Source: Eledone cirrhosa (Eukaryota). Taken from it: a DNA stretch of 64,000 nt. Position 1 is the stretch's first letter. Every line of letters begins with the position of its first letter. The stretch covers positions 273,048,001 to 273,112,000 of the forward strand of contig OZ024743.1 in assembly GCA_964016885.1 (NCBI GenBank), given 5' to 3'. Made by a program: the position numbers and the translations under genes. Below the pieces are notes generated by a model. That model was not told where the DNA came from. It worked only from the letters and a program-made list of their open reading frames with translations, and searched no databases. Below are positions 41,634 through 55,631 of this stretch, in pieces.

Positions 41634-42996
41634 CACACTGGTCTTGCAAATGATGGATAGACTACAAAAAGACATTCGACATGTTACCTCATTCTTGGAT
41701 AACCAAAAGCCTAGAGATCTTCAGGGCGGCAGATAACATCAGACAGTTGTTGAGCAAAAGTATGAAGTCCTGGAAAACAGAGTTAACATCGGGCGGAGTA
41801 TCCTTGGGAGGCGTGAAGATCAAGAGAGGTATCTTACAGGGAGATAGTTCGTCCCCTCTGTTGTTTGCCCTTGCCCTGATACCCCTGACCATTATACTGC
41901 GAAAAGTGAGAGCAGGATACAAGTTGGGAAAGGGAGAGCTTACCATCAATCACCTCCTCTTCATAGACGATCTTAAGCTCTTTGGGAAGAGGGAGAAGGA
42001 GTTGGATGTGCTTGTTGACACTGTCCGTATTTTCAGCAATGATATATGTATGCAATTTGGTATTAGTAAGTGTGGAGTCCTTGTGATGAAGAGGGGTAAA
42101 TTGAGCAGAAGCAACGGAATCCAGGTACCAACAGGTGAGATGATAAAGGAAATTGATCCTGAAGAGGGATACAAATATTTAGGTGTTCTGGAGGCTGATG
42201 ACATCAAGAACAAAAAAATGAAGGAATTGATAAGATCTGAATACATTCGGAGAGTAAGGAGCGTATTAAAGTCACATCTGAACAGTGGGAATGCCATAAG
42301 TGCAGTACATTCCCAAGCTGTGTCTATTATTAGGTACAGTGCGGGAATTCTGAGATGGAATGTTGCTGAACAAAAAGAAATGGATAGGAAGACTAGGAAG
42401 CTATTGACTATCTACAACATGTTCTACAAGAGGAGTGATGTCGATAGACTCTACTTAAGGAGATCTGAAGGTGGAAGAGGTCTTATCAGCATAGAAGACT
42501 GTGTTAAGATGGAGAAAAACAACCTACACAAATACGTGACTGATAGTATGGAGCCAATGCTCAGAATTGTACTGAAGGTGCTATGGGATTTTAGGATACT
42601 TACGGATAAGAAACTGGTAGTTTTGGACAAGGAAAAAAGATCGTGCCTGATTGTAGATGTAGCCTGCCCATTTGACAAGAGAATGCAAGAAAAGGAGAGG
42701 GAGAAAATTAACCGATACTAGGACTTAAAGTGGAAGGTAAAAAGGATTTGGAACTGCCATGAAGTCAGAGTTGTCCCGATTGTCATAGGCGCACTAGGTA
42801 TTATCTCAAAGAGTTTCCAAGGATTGTTAAAGAAAGTTAGTCCAGCCCCGCTTTTTTGAACACTTCAAAAGGCATGCTTGCTGGGAGCAGCAAGAACCCT
42901 CCGATACGTCCTGAATATCTGAGGCTGCTGGTAGTGGCTTGATATTCATTTCAACAAACTTTCCAGTTAAATAATATCAATGACTGAGACTCAAAG
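41634..42996 (+). mobile_element. 5'-truncated R4/Dong-like RLE retrotransposon, copy 2, head-to-tail with copy 1
   Basis: Same 3' end (...GACTGAGACTCAAAG + AAT repeats); RT motifs DYKKTFD, GILQGDSSSPLLF, HLLFIDD. Confidence 0.92.
41681..42721 (+). pseudogene. Partial reverse transcriptase fused by an internal deletion to an RLE remnant
   Basis: 346-aa ORF with RT motifs. The zinc knuckle is missing relative to copy 1, the PD motif is absent, and there is a premature stop. Confidence 0.88.
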
Positions 42997-43027
42997 AACA
43001 ATAACAATAATAATAATAATAATAATA

Positions 43028-43452
43028 ATAATTGTTTCTTCTTTTGGCACAAGGCCAGAAATTGTCTCAGTGTATTACTGCTGCTTTTATTTTATCGACT
43101 CCGTAAGTATGGAAGGCAAAGTTAACCTCGGCGGGATTCGAACTCAGATCATAAAGTGCCATAACTCTTTCATGTAAAGCATGGCGTCAGACTCTCTACA
43201 GATAGGCCAATCCACCACCCTAATAATAATAATAATAATTATAATAATATCGATAATAATAATTGTTTCTACTTTTTGGCACAAGGCCAGCAATTACCCA
43301 GTGTATTACTGGTACTTTATTTTATCGACCCCATAAGGATGAAAGGCAAAGTTAACCACGGCGGGATTTGAACTAGGAATGGAAGGGCCGTAACTCCATG
43401 CGTCAAAGCATGGCGTCCGACCCTCTACCGATACTGCCAATCCACCGCCCTT
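43028..43452 (-). mobile_element. Two consecutive full-length family 1 SINEs (43028-43222, 43260-43452) in (TAA)n
   Basis: Consensus matches. Confidence 0.9.
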
Positions 43453-44315
43453 ATATCGATAATAATAATAATTTCTAATATTGCGTACTTATTTGTTGAA
43501 ACAGTTCGATTTACGTAGCCTTAAATAAGGTACCCTCTCAGATAAGCTTTTATCAGCTAGTGTCAAATCAATATATATTTTCTGACATTATTCATATGTT
43601 CGTAATTAAATGAAATGTTTAAGCATTTAAATTAATATTTAACATAAAAATATAAGATAATGTTCTTCGTATACTGAACGTGTGGATTTCTGGTAACTAT
43701 TAAATAAGTTCTCTACATTAATTTAGCTACGTATGAACAAGATCAATACTTTGCAATTAATAGAACTGTTGGTGTTTATACCATTAATTTTATTGTTTAT
43801 TTGGAATAGTAGGTTTTGTTATTTGACGCAATGCATCTTTGTAATAAACTACAGAGATTTATAAAAAAAAAAAAAAAAAAATTCAGTGGCAGTTATGATG
43901 TAACTAATTAAAGTATAGAAATATTATTATTTTTATTCATGTTCATAAATAAGAACTGCTGACACATTAATTGGCCGACTTCTTCCTAGGTACTTTTGTC
44001 AAAATTATTCAAAGCAAGGCATAAACAACTTGTCTACCCATATGATGCGCAGCTAAAAATATTTATTGATTACTGAGACTTCTTTAAGTACAATGTCGTA
44101 ATATATATTTCATAACGAATGTAAAGCAGCTATTGTTAATGTGTCATCAAGATTAACGTGGTTGATTCCCTCACGAATCATGTAAAAAAAGATAGTTGTG
44201 AACACATTTTAGCAATCATCTGTGTAAAACATACACGAACACGAGTCGTATATTTTATATTACTACATAAACACGTACATGTTACTCTGGTGTTTCATGT
44301 GTTTATTTCAGGGTC

Positions 44316-44387
<72 letters not shown>

Positions 44388-44392
<5 letters not shown>

Positions 44393-45625
44393 AGTATGTA
44401 TGTATGTATACGTACATGGTGGCTGCCAACTCGTTTTCGAGTACGGTCACTACTTTATATCCATGTAGGAGAACCCCTACCGAAGCGCTGAACGAGTGTG
44501 ACTTTTTAGTCCAGCAAGCGACTTGAAAACTCTGGTACAAACACTACACTTGTGACAATTATTTACACATAGTGCTGGGCCCATGGTACCATATGAGGAC
44601 AAGTGCAGAGAGCTCTCCAGATACAAAGCAATGCCTGTGCCGTGAAGCTTTTATAGTGAGCAAAGGCACTGCACAAAGCCAGTCCCACTCTCTTAACCAA
44701 GATGATATTTACCAAAAAGAAGAACAAGTCAACATCATTGGATACCATCAGGGTTGCAGGTGTTATATCAGAGTTTTCCTTCTCCTAGAATTCCGCCTTG
44801 ACAAAGGCTAAAGGGTCATCTCTCCCGGTGATTTTGGATGGCCATTGACTCTTAAGAGCTCCTTTGCCCTTTGACAGGTTTTGATTTTAGTCCTGCAGGA
44901 TGTCCAAAGTCACCCTCCTCACCAAGAAACCTTGGTGGGGTTGCCAGTTTAGTCGCCAACGACCCGACCATGAGACAGGTTGTACTGGGATACATGTTAC
45001 CAGTAGCACCAACTGGTGACCTGACATATACGTACATACATATATGTATACAGACGTACAGTAGTATGTATATATATACATACATGCACACATATATATA
45101 TATGCACGTATCGGTTTACCGAACATGTATTATAATGTTCGGTTTGTTTGTTTGTAAACAAACAAACAGCCCAATTACGCCGTACAGTGTTTAGGCAACC
45201 ACGTCACCTTTTTGTTCAACACTGACACAGGAACGATGTACTAGTTTCAAGCTTATTAGCTATCGTCAGCATCGTATACCTTCCTGCCAGATGGTTGAAC
45301 GTCTGAAAGTATATACTTTCCTTATGCATATTAACGGCTGAGCAGCCTAATTTGCATATCGAGTGAGTTTAGTCGGCTGGGCGCACCGCAAACGATAAAT
45401 GGAATAGAATGAAACGAAATTTCATTTCTCACTCTTAGTACGGCAGTTACTTAAATGTAAGTATGTATGTATGTACTAATAGTGAGAAATGAAATTTCGT
45501 TTCATTCTAATCCATTTATCGTTTTCGGTGCGCCTAGCCGACTAAACTCACTCGATATGCAAATTAGGCTGCTCAGCTGTTAATATGCATAAGGAAAGTA
45601 TATACTCTCAGACGTTCAACCATCT
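44388..45625 (-). mobile_element. Family C retrozyme-like element: ~1067-bp monomer (44388-45475) with RTE cassette (44418-45025) and inverted 5' arm (45473-45625)
   Basis: Homologous to 26626-27712 but circularly permuted. Terminal redundancy ATGTAAGTATGTATGTATGTA at 44388 and 45455; abuts (TA)n. Confidence 0.88.
45233..45275 (-). ncRNA. Type I minimal hammerhead ribozyme, best-preserved copy
   Basis: ACGATG CTGACGA T AGCT AATA AGCT T GAAAC TA GTA CATCGT: perfect stems I and II, palindromic ACTAGT stem III, GUA cleavage triplet. Confidence 0.85.
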
Positions 45626-46298
45626 TTGTCAAAGCATGTCGTCTGACCCTCTACCGATACTGCCAATCCACTAATGAACGAAATATATATTAGTCGAAAG
45701 TTCGACATCTTGATGATATATATATACTTGAAGTGCTTTTTAGTATGGACACGTATTTCTTGTAATATGATAGCAGAAAAACCCATATATAATAGGAATG
45801 TGGCTTCTGAGTTTGTTGTTTCTTCTAATGAATATTTAACATATACAGTTATAGGCTTCATTTCGAATAACAATATCTTCAAATTGATATTCAGCATGCA
45901 TCGTATTACTAATTGTTATTGTGTCTGTTGTAGCATATGCTAGAGTATAAAAGAGACAACGAAAACAAGTGCTACTTATTGGCATACAAATAAGATGATA
46001 CTGCAGAATTTCGTTCTAATAACTATAAAGGGTTAATTAAATGTATCCTCTCTGATCCTGTTGCCAGCTTAATTGAACTTGGAAATTATTTCCTTGTCGG
46101 AGCAGCGCACATAAATTCAATGTTTTCTTAAATAATAAAGTTAGCTACATATAATTTCAGTTGAAAGAAAGGCAAACATTTTCACTCGGGTTTGAATTTC
46201 AAAGTAATATTTAGATACATACAAACATATACACATACACAAACACCCACGCACCCACGCACACGGACACACACACCCATACACATATATACATATAT

Positions 46299-46359
<61 letters not shown>

Positions 46360-46362
<3 letters not shown>

Positions 46363-46650
46363 CAGTGATCGGAGCGTCGGGTCGGCAATCGTGAGGCTGG
46401 GAGTTCCATTCACGGAGAGGTTAGGGTGTTGTGTCCTTGAAGAATGCAGTTTATTTTTACGTTGTTCCAGTTAGCTCAGCTGGAAGAAATGAGTTGCGAT
46501 GTCTCTGGTGTAAAGCTGTATCGGGGTTGTTTTGTTGCGGAGATAGGCGACTGATATTCATGAGCCTTCGCTACTAATCCACAAAAGAAATTATCCGGGC
46601 AACTTTCTAGGTGAAAACCCACGGTCATTCGTGAAAGAATGAGTTTTTAC
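46360..46650 (+). mobile_element. Second SINE family (tRNA head + CORE-like domain)
   Basis: GAGTTCCATTC B-box-like, then TTGTGTCCTTGA...TTTATTTTTACGTTGTTCCAGTTAGCTCAGCTGG. Confidence 0.6.
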
Positions 46651-46721
46651 TGTATATGTATGTATATAAACATGTATATGTTTGCACACACACATTTCTC
46701 TCTCTCTCTCTCTCTCTCCCC

Positions 46722-46780
<59 letters not shown>

Positions 46781-47284
46781 GAAAACTTAATGCCGTGGCC
46801 TGAGCTTACGCCGTTACAACGGCTCGTGGGTAACTGAATTATTTATTCATTTTCAGCTATTTCCTAAGCGGATGGGATCAAATTTGAGTGACGTGTGGAA
46901 TAAGTGGAGAAACAAGTGTAGTTGTGTGAACTGGGGGGAGTTACAGATTGAACTTTGGGGGATAGGCGTTGTCCAATAAATTCATAGTCACGTGAAATTT
47001 CATTTGCGACGTATGTATCCGTGTGCGCAGGCACGCTACTTGGCTGGAGCTGTAATTTATGTATTATTCACCCCCTCTTAGTTGTGAGTGTGCGTGGGTG
47101 TTTGTGTATGTATGCGTGCGACATGCCTATGTGGAGTCAGGTTGTTATTTTCAGAGTCAGTGTTTAGACGCCGATGTGCGCATGAAAAACTACAAACAAT
47201 GATACATACATATACGTACATACATTCATGCATATGTACGACATATATATGGGACATATCTATGCGTACACGTGGAAGACATAT

Positions 47285-47915
47285 GCATAAATGCATAAAC
47301 AATATGACAGAGTATTCGTGGAATGTTCCTTTCAGAACCCCAACAAAATGCAAACATAACAGGCCAGATATAGCGATATAAGGCATGCACATAGTGGAAA
47401 ACAGCAGCTTAGTAGAAGTCAATATAATGCTAAGGATTAGCGAAAATAGAATATTTACGCTGAACTAATGCGGAATCTACAGATACTACACGCTGACTAT
47501 GTTTAGATTTGTACTTGTAATAATTGGATCTCTAGGATATATTCCTAGGTGCTTCATTACGAAATCTTAAGAAGCTGGGCTTCACAGAAACAGAAATGGC
47601 TCGGCTAGTTTGGAAGTTACAAATACTGTCCGTTAATGGTACTGTAAAAATATGTAAAACATTTAAGAAATTCAGTTTTTAATAACTGCATCTACACATA
47701 TATAGATAAAAACAAATCCACGTGTACACATATAAGTCAAAACATACAGATCCACACATGCAATAACACCCATACCTGCACAGACACACACACACACATG
47801 TATCTATCTAGTTGATGTCTAAATTCTAATGAATGAGTCTTGTTTCTATGTTAGAAACCGACTCTCTATTGGTGAAAATTTATAAAATAATTAAACCAGA
47901 AGAACATACATACAT
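47285..47915 (+). mobile_element. 3' fragment of an RLE non-LTR retrotransposon in (CATA)n (paralog of 4455-5030)
   Basis: EYSWNVPFRTPTKCKHNRPDIAI (PD motif), VIIGSLG, NGTVKICKTF. Confidence 0.78.
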
Positions 47916-48072
47916 ATATACGTACGTACGTATATACACTTAGTAATATGACTGCTTCAAACTGATGACCTACCTTACACACGACTTGGTAATTGGTGTA
48001 GGTTTGTTGTTGTAATACTGGGAGATTTATGTAAGATATTCAAGGGTGTGATTGCTTTAACTTTATATCTAA

Positions 48073-49387
48073 CTAGCAGTAAAGCCCGGCGTTGCTCGGG
48101 GTCGCTCAGTAGCTGTGTTAAAGTTACAATGTTAAGTTTCTTTTTTGGCTTAAAAACTGTAGTGTCTACTGTGCAGACTTGCATGTGGTGTTTTTGATTA
48201 ATATTCCCTCAACCAACAATATGCCTTATGAAGTTAAGAAAACATAACGATAACCCGAATTAAAGTAAATTCAGCCTTATAAGACCGTAAAATTAATTTA
48301 AACGTTTAATAGGGAAAGTTTGCTAACCGTCGTAATAAAAAAATAAATATCAATAACTTACGAAGTAATGAACTCGCCGAACTTTTCTAGCGTTGTAGCA
48401 TACAAAGGCAGTACAGTGCAAATGAAGCTATTAAACAAACTGGAGATTCCAATTCACTCTACTAAAGATTTACTTAATCGTCTGCACATTCGCTAATCGT
48501 CTGCTTATTCCATAAAAGGGAAATAATCGCCTATATCACCTCTCTGCATGACTGTCTGTCTGCACGCCTATATCACCTCTCTGCATGACTGTCTGTCTGC
48601 ACGCCTATATCACCTCTCTGCATGACTGTCTGTCTGCACGCCTATATCACCTCTCTGCACGACTGTCTGTCTGCACGCGTATATCACCTCTCTGCACGAC
48701 TGTCTGTCTGCACGACTGTCTGTCTGCACGCCTAACGAAATTTACAGATACATATATTTTAAATAAACTTATATAATTTTTGCTTTTTTTTACGAAATAT
48801 TTGCTTGTTTTACGTAGTCTTTAAATAGACTTGTTTTCAAGTAAAAATATTGTTTTAAAAGGCTTTTAAATGGAAATGAAGCAAAACGGAAGCTTAGTGT
48901 TCGAACTGATGAATTTTGCAGGTCAAAATTTTGCTGGCTCGACAACTGTTCGTGTATTGTGTTAATGTCATTTTAAACGATGAGAAAGCCAGCGTAATTT
49001 TTTTAATTTTTGCCAGCGTAATTTTTTTAATTTTTGCACGCAGAAAATGTAAACAGAACGTAAGACGCTACGCTGAATGTAAACAGAACAAAGGGAAATC
49101 ATTTTTTTAATTTGTGCACGCAGAAAATGTAAAGAGAACGTAAGACGCTACGCTGAATGTAAACAGAACAAAGGGAAATAACTGATCACTTTCGCTCAAA
49201 AATCGATACATTATATTCGATTCCGTCAGATAGGGCGGGTCAATTTGAAATATTTTTTTCCGATGTCTTCGCTAGGGCTCAATGTACAAGTATAGCAATT
49301 TCGGTGCAATTCCGTGAGAGATTCTAAGAGGAGATGTGTGCCAAAAATCGATAGACAGACAGACAACCTCAGTTTTATATATATAGA
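48073..49387 (-). mobile_element. Non-autonomous Helitron (~1.3 kb) with internal minisatellites
   Basis: The minus strand starts A|TCTATATATATAAAA and ends in the hairpin CCCGAGCAACGCCGGG + CTTTACTG-CTAG|T; insertion between A and T with no TSD. Confidence 0.85.
48528..48735. repeat. 37-bp minisatellite (~5 copies) inside the Helitron
   Basis: CGCCTATATCACCTCTCTGCA(T/C)GACTGTCTGTCTGCA repeated in tandem without spacers. Confidence 0.95.
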
Positions 49388-50034
49388 TTGTATGCTTGAA
49401 GCACGGTCTAAAATAGGTGCCACTTTTCACAGCTTGTATTAAAAATGGAAATATATAACATCAGACTGAATTAAATTAAAAACTAATTACTTCACAAACT
49501 ATTCAATATTAACCTTTCTCTTTGAGAATATAAAATATCAAGGATGAAATAGCTGCAAATTTAAATACATTGCTTTTGGAAGTGTTAGTATCAAGGGATA
49601 ATTTGCAACTTCACAATTTTGTATTATTTTTTGTTAATCATTAAAGTCGAAATGATTGCTAATGCATATTTAATTGGGTACTATTCTCTGATCACATAAA
49701 CATCAATGTGTAGAGTACAATCTTTAGAATGTAATGAACATTTTATTTAGTTAACAATAAATAATCATTAGAAAGCAAACACAGATTATCGGTATATGAC
49801 GCACAAAACTTGGCTCGGTTTGTATAAATGTTCAATATTTAGAACGAGCAGATGTTGTTAAGAAACAAAATCGGCTAAATGTTTTGTTTTTTGTTTATAT
49901 TTAATTTAATTTTAGAGAATTAACTTAAAGCAGACAAAAAATAATATTATATCAGCTTTTCTTTACCAGTTTGTTCAAATTTGACTCATTACAACTCCGA
50001 ATTCCAACCAGTGATCAAATGATAGTACCGATCA

Positions 50035-50450
50035 ATGAGAATAACCGATCAGGCATCCTCGGGACCCGAAAATCCGAGCTCCTCCGCAAAATCAGGATGA
50101 CAGTAGCCCCTCAGAGGAAAGAGCCTCGCGAGATGGGGTGGCTGTTGCATAGGGTATCGCTGGCTATTACCCGTGGAAATGCCTTTGGAAAAACACCTCT
50201 CTGACCTAGGTTTTGAGTCTATCATCCTCTCCGCTTCTCCTTTTCTCTCTTCCGTTGCTTAATAGTCCTTGTTCTTCCCCTTCTTTCCTCTCATTTATGG
50301 CATTTATAGTCCTTTCTTTTACATTCCCTTACAGCCAGATCTGCTCTTCTTTACTCCTTCCCATTTTGTTTAATTTTTCATTTCTTAATTTTGTTTTTAT
50401 CCTCTTTTAATCAATGTATAATTTTTGTTCAATGAATGTATTAAATTAAA
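50035..50450 (+). mobile_element. 3' fragment of a CRE-clade RLE retrotransposon
   Basis: SGILG...LLRKI...EPREMGWLLHRVSLAITRGNA, followed by a pyrimidine-rich 3' UTR. Confidence 0.7.
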
Positions 50451-51658
50451 ATGTCATTTGACATCCACACACACAAAACCTAATAAATGATTTATTATTT
50501 GAAATTGAATATATATGAACATTTTAGAAAACACTACAAAAGTATCTGCTTCCGAGTCGCTTTCACAACATTATTTCCTGTATCAGTTTTAGTAGAACAC
50601 ATTCCAAGCAAGCACTACCTCATCATTTATTAACTGCAACTAACACCACGATAATAACTCCCTACTGCTTTCGAAGAAACTTCTCAAAGGTGACATTGGG
50701 TCATAGCCAAAATGGGACAGTCTATTTGCATAGAACATTTAAAAAACAGACAAGTAGAACCCGACACTATTTAAAGTTGAAATCAAAACGTATTAGGGCG
50801 AAGTAAAACAGTGTAAACTTATTCTAAATTCCTGCTTGAAAATTTCAGAAGGGTCCAGTATTCATTTTGAAATCCATACAAGTATGCGCCTGTTTGCCCG
50901 TATCCACCTCTTTGAAATCACCTCTTGGCGAAGTCCTCCTAAAACTCCATATGAAGCAACAATTTTATAATTAATTTTATATCAATTTCATTGAACATTA
51001 AACAAAACAGTGAAAATATTTCATATTAGACATTTTCTTGTTTGGTGACATTATTCATCACACGAAACATGTAAAATGTTATGAGCTTAGTGGTCACAAA
51101 CTTATAGCGAATTAATATTTGTCCTCCCACTTTAATATAGATACCAATGGCAGACAGGTGTTAAGCCTTGTTATTGCTGATAAATAGAGAATATGAATTA
51201 GAATTGTGTCTAGCGTTGCCTCACAACAAATCAATTCACACCATTTGTAATTGATAGTAAGAAATTATGTAACATCAACTGCCATAAATAATGCTAATAT
51301 AAGAATAAAAGAAAAGAATTTTATATCAATATGGTGTAGAAGTAAATAGAAAGTGAATGTCTGTTATGCATAAACGCCTGGCTGCAGTTTACACAAAGGA
51401 CAAGACTAAACACCATTCGTTGACTAAACACACGAAAAGATAAGACTTCCTTTCGACAAGCTAGACAATTTAATAGAATGTTTACGCAAAAAGAATATAC
51501 ACATATAATAAACTGGGTGACTTCCGTATTCTCTATTTCTCCACCCCCACTATATATCTATCGATGTGTGTGTGTTTGTGTGTATGTGTGTATGGGTGTA
51601 TATATATATATGTATGTATATGGTTGGCAGTGCTTGGCGCCATGGTCGGAATTTTACA

Positions 51659-51723
<65 letters not shown>

Positions 51724-51919
51724 CTATACATATATATATACATATGTGTGTGTGTGTATGTGTGTGTATGTGTGTGTATATATGTGTGTATGTGTGTGTG
51801 TGCGTGGGGGGTGTCTACACACGATGGCTGAATGAATACACAAGTGTTTTTTCTCAAAAAATGTTTGTCCATTACGTTCCATTCTAACTTTCTGTTTCTA
51901 TTTCATCTTATATTTCTCA

Positions 51920-52050
51920 TTCTATCTTGTGAGGAAGTACTTGTCTCCGAAATGTTAGGAATGTTTACCATTATACCAAGCGTTAAACTGATTTCTTCAT
52001 TGTAGTGTGCCGTTTGCTTTCTTATTTATGTTTACGTTTTGCATTTATGG
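51920..52050 (+). repeat. Penelope pLTR-end-like repeat (family H); second copy at 60660-60780 (-)
   Basis: Shared CGAAATGTTA...CAAGCGT.AAACT...TTTCTTCA.TGTAGT.TG.CGTTTGCTTT; degenerate hammerhead-like core. Confidence 0.55.
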
Positions 52051-52094
52051 TTAAAGATTTATTTGACCCGATAAAGTAGATGTTTTAATAATAT

Positions 52095-52365
52095 TGCGTT
52101 CAATCGTTCGTTCTAGACGCTAACTCCGCCAGTTACAGACTGTGCATCAACATGAGATATTTTTCTCTACAAAGTTCGATCATCAAAGCAGAGTTTAAAG
52201 AGCACATGTCGAATCCAGTCCATAATTTGACATTATCAGGCCATCGTTTTGGTTGCTGATCTCTGCTTCGCTTACTAGTCAACTTGCCTTCTAGGCATAA
52301 CTTACTCACACCACGAGTTGATCTTTTGATATGACCATACAGTTTAAGCACTGTTGACCTAACAA
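52095..52365 (-). pseudogene. RTE (BovB-like) LINE 3' fragment
   Basis: LKLYGHIKRS...KLCLEGKLTSKRSRDQQPKRWPDNVKLWTG. Confidence 0.75.
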
Positions 52366-52373
52366 CCGATGTG

Positions 52374-52993
<620 letters not shown>

Positions 52994-53109
52994 GCGTGTT
53001 TGGAGATAGAATATAACTAAAAGATAGCGCTGACAATTAGTATTTTACCTTAATTTATTCATATATCCTTATATTTCGAGAAAATATCTCTTCGTCCGAA
53101 GTGGGTTGC

Positions 53110-54597
53110 TAAGTCATGCTGACCGGAAGTAGTATAAAATGCTATTCTACTTCTAATGTATCACAGCACTATCATTAAAGGTCTTTAACATCTGAAACTA
53201 CTTGGCATTTTCATATTCTAAATATACACCGTCACTCCTATGGGGAAAAAGTACGTTGAGTGCTCGATTCGAATTGCAACAAAGTTAACCTTATGAATCT
53301 AGCTCCAACCTGTTGAGCGTTCCACGGTGCGACGTGTGAAGAAGTGGGGTACTAACCATCGGCTACACCCGGAAATGCCTTCTTCCATGGGACTGATTAC
53401 ACACACTGGAAATCCCTACTGCTAGACGGAAATAAAATTATAAACTAACTTTAGACCGGGTAAATAAGCAGTGCTAAAAGCAACGTTAAACCCCTTATTT
53501 TCCTGCAGTAAATTACATTTGCAGATAGGCCTTGAACAGAAGCACCCTCACGTAACAAACTTTCATATGCATTTTACTTTGAAAAAATTGAGCAGCAAGC
53601 ACCTTAACCACTTATACTCTCATTTCTATACAGTTTATCTTCCTCGTGTATTTTTCTTATATTTTTTCATATTTTTTCTCATACGTATCTCCTCTCTCAT
53701 TTTGCATATATGTATGTACTTTATGTTTTGATTCTTGTGATAGAAGAATATATTAACTAATTATTTGCCTAATTACTACGTTTCATACTGTAATTTACCC
53801 TCGGTTCTACATGCCGGTGCGTCGTTCAATGTGTGGATAATATATCTGTAATATTGACCCCCCCTTTCTAAATTTCTTACTATAATTTAAACATCTACCT
53901 AGTTATTAGCTATTATATATATATTTTTTTTATTTACATCAATCGAGATTTTTTTAATTTCTAATTTTCAATCATAATTTCCACTGTAAAACCATAATAC
54001 CTATAATCAAGTTATATTCTCTTAGCGGCTGATGGCCAATTCTATTGTCCAAGCATAATTTAGGGGTAGTAGTAAGACCTATTGAGAGTCATACTCTGCC
54101 ACTACCACTGGGATTCGGTCAACAGCAACTGTCAGGACGGCTAGCATCAAACTATAGCCGTCTATATTACAGACCTGGATGGGGGTGATTGTTTCATTGT
54201 AGTATGGAGGCGAATTTCGTAGAGTTTTGAGGTAGTAGATGGTCAACTTCCTCCGGACTTGCAACTGTGCAAACCGGTGGGTGTGAATTGGGACTCACAA
54301 GGGAACGGACGAAAGACTCAAGAACATCTGCTTTGTCCGTTCCTTTGTGGATTCAATTTGGATTACCTCGGGAACATAACCTTATTATGTAAGAAGCTGT
54401 CTGATGATATCACGGCACTGGGTACACCGAAGAATGTCGCCACTGTCGCCATTGAAATATGTATCATAGCATTATCGTTAAAGGACTTTAACATCTGAAA
54501 CTACTTGGCATTTTCTTATTCTAAATATACTCTTTCACTCCTATTTGGAAAGAGTAGGATGAGTGGTCGCTCGAATTGCAAAAAAGTTAACCTTAAG
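53110..54597 (+). mobile_element. Non-autonomous Penelope-like partial tandem: ~137-bp direct repeats (53156-53293 / 54459-54595), GIY-YIG C-terminal remnant, hammerhead
   Basis: Repeat spacing 1303 bp; frameshifted GYTRKCLL..TLEILLLDGNKIIN resembles TLEILHGGTKLLN of the 13.5-kb element; ends at CA/TA microsatellite. Confidence 0.7.
54396..54470 (+). ncRNA. Type I hammerhead ribozyme with long stem II
   Basis: GCTGT CTGATGA T [44-nt imperfect hairpin] T GAAA TATGTA TC ATAGC (ACAGC in the upstream repeat, giving a perfect stem I). Confidence 0.75.
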
Positions 54598-54644
54598 TAC
54601 ACACACACACACACACACACACGCATACATATATATATATACAA

Positions 54645-54686
<42 letters not shown>

Positions 54687-54695
54687 TATATACAA

Positions 54696-54757
<62 letters not shown>

Positions 54758-55631
54758 TAAATAAATATGTACATATATATATATATATATATTAGCCTAA
54801 GAAAATATCTATATGCGTGTGTAATTTATACAAGCATATATTTATTTTTTTATTTTCAATTGAGTTCTTAAACACGTTGGATTGATAATGTTTTCAAAAA
54901 AACTAATTAACCCGCGTGTATATTATTTTTTTTCCTCATTTCGTGGATCGTGGGTTGTCTCCCCTTCCCGCTTCGTGTCGCTATGATACTTCCTCAGTCA
55001 AAAACTGCTGGAATTTCAAATTTGGCGGTCATTCGAGGTGAGAGAGAGCAACTTTACGGACATGATTTTTGACAGCGGTAAGAAATTGTTTTCTTATATC
55101 AATGTTTAATGGGCTTCCACTGATGATTTATAAGTGCCCACCTAAATATATTCTTACATGATTATATATTAGGCTTCTACATAAACTGGAAACATTCTCC
55201 CAAACTTGTAGAAAACTTATAATGAAACAATTGTTTGGAAAGAGAGATATACTTTAACTTTAATTATATCTCATAAAATAATACAACTGGTTTTTCAACA
55301 TTATACATATTGTTAGCACCCCAAACACTTAAATCGGGTTTATATTTTAATATAACCTAATGTTTGTTGAGTGAGATGGTTACCAGTCAGAGTTTAGCTT
55401 TAAACTATCTCTGTTATTGTATTAAATATATATATATTTATATACAAGTGGAAGATTAGTAAAATCGAAGCCTTGGCAGCAGTGGGCAAGCAAAGTCGAC
55501 CTGCAATAGGAATGAGTTAGCAAAGCACTCAATAAGAGTTGGTCCTTAGAGTAATAACATACGTTTAAATAGTTTGACAAATAGAACGAAAGAACTAACA
55601 GGTCAAAAGATATATATATATATATATATAT

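Noticed and set aside
46790-46845. Minus-strand hammerhead-like CCCACGAG-CCGTT-GT-AACGG-CGTAA
   Set aside because: Too many core mismatches; at most a fossil pLTR motif.
48528-48735. 37-bp repeats resembling a CRISPR array
   Set aside because: Contiguous tandem copies with no unique spacers, no cas genes, eukaryotic Helitron context.
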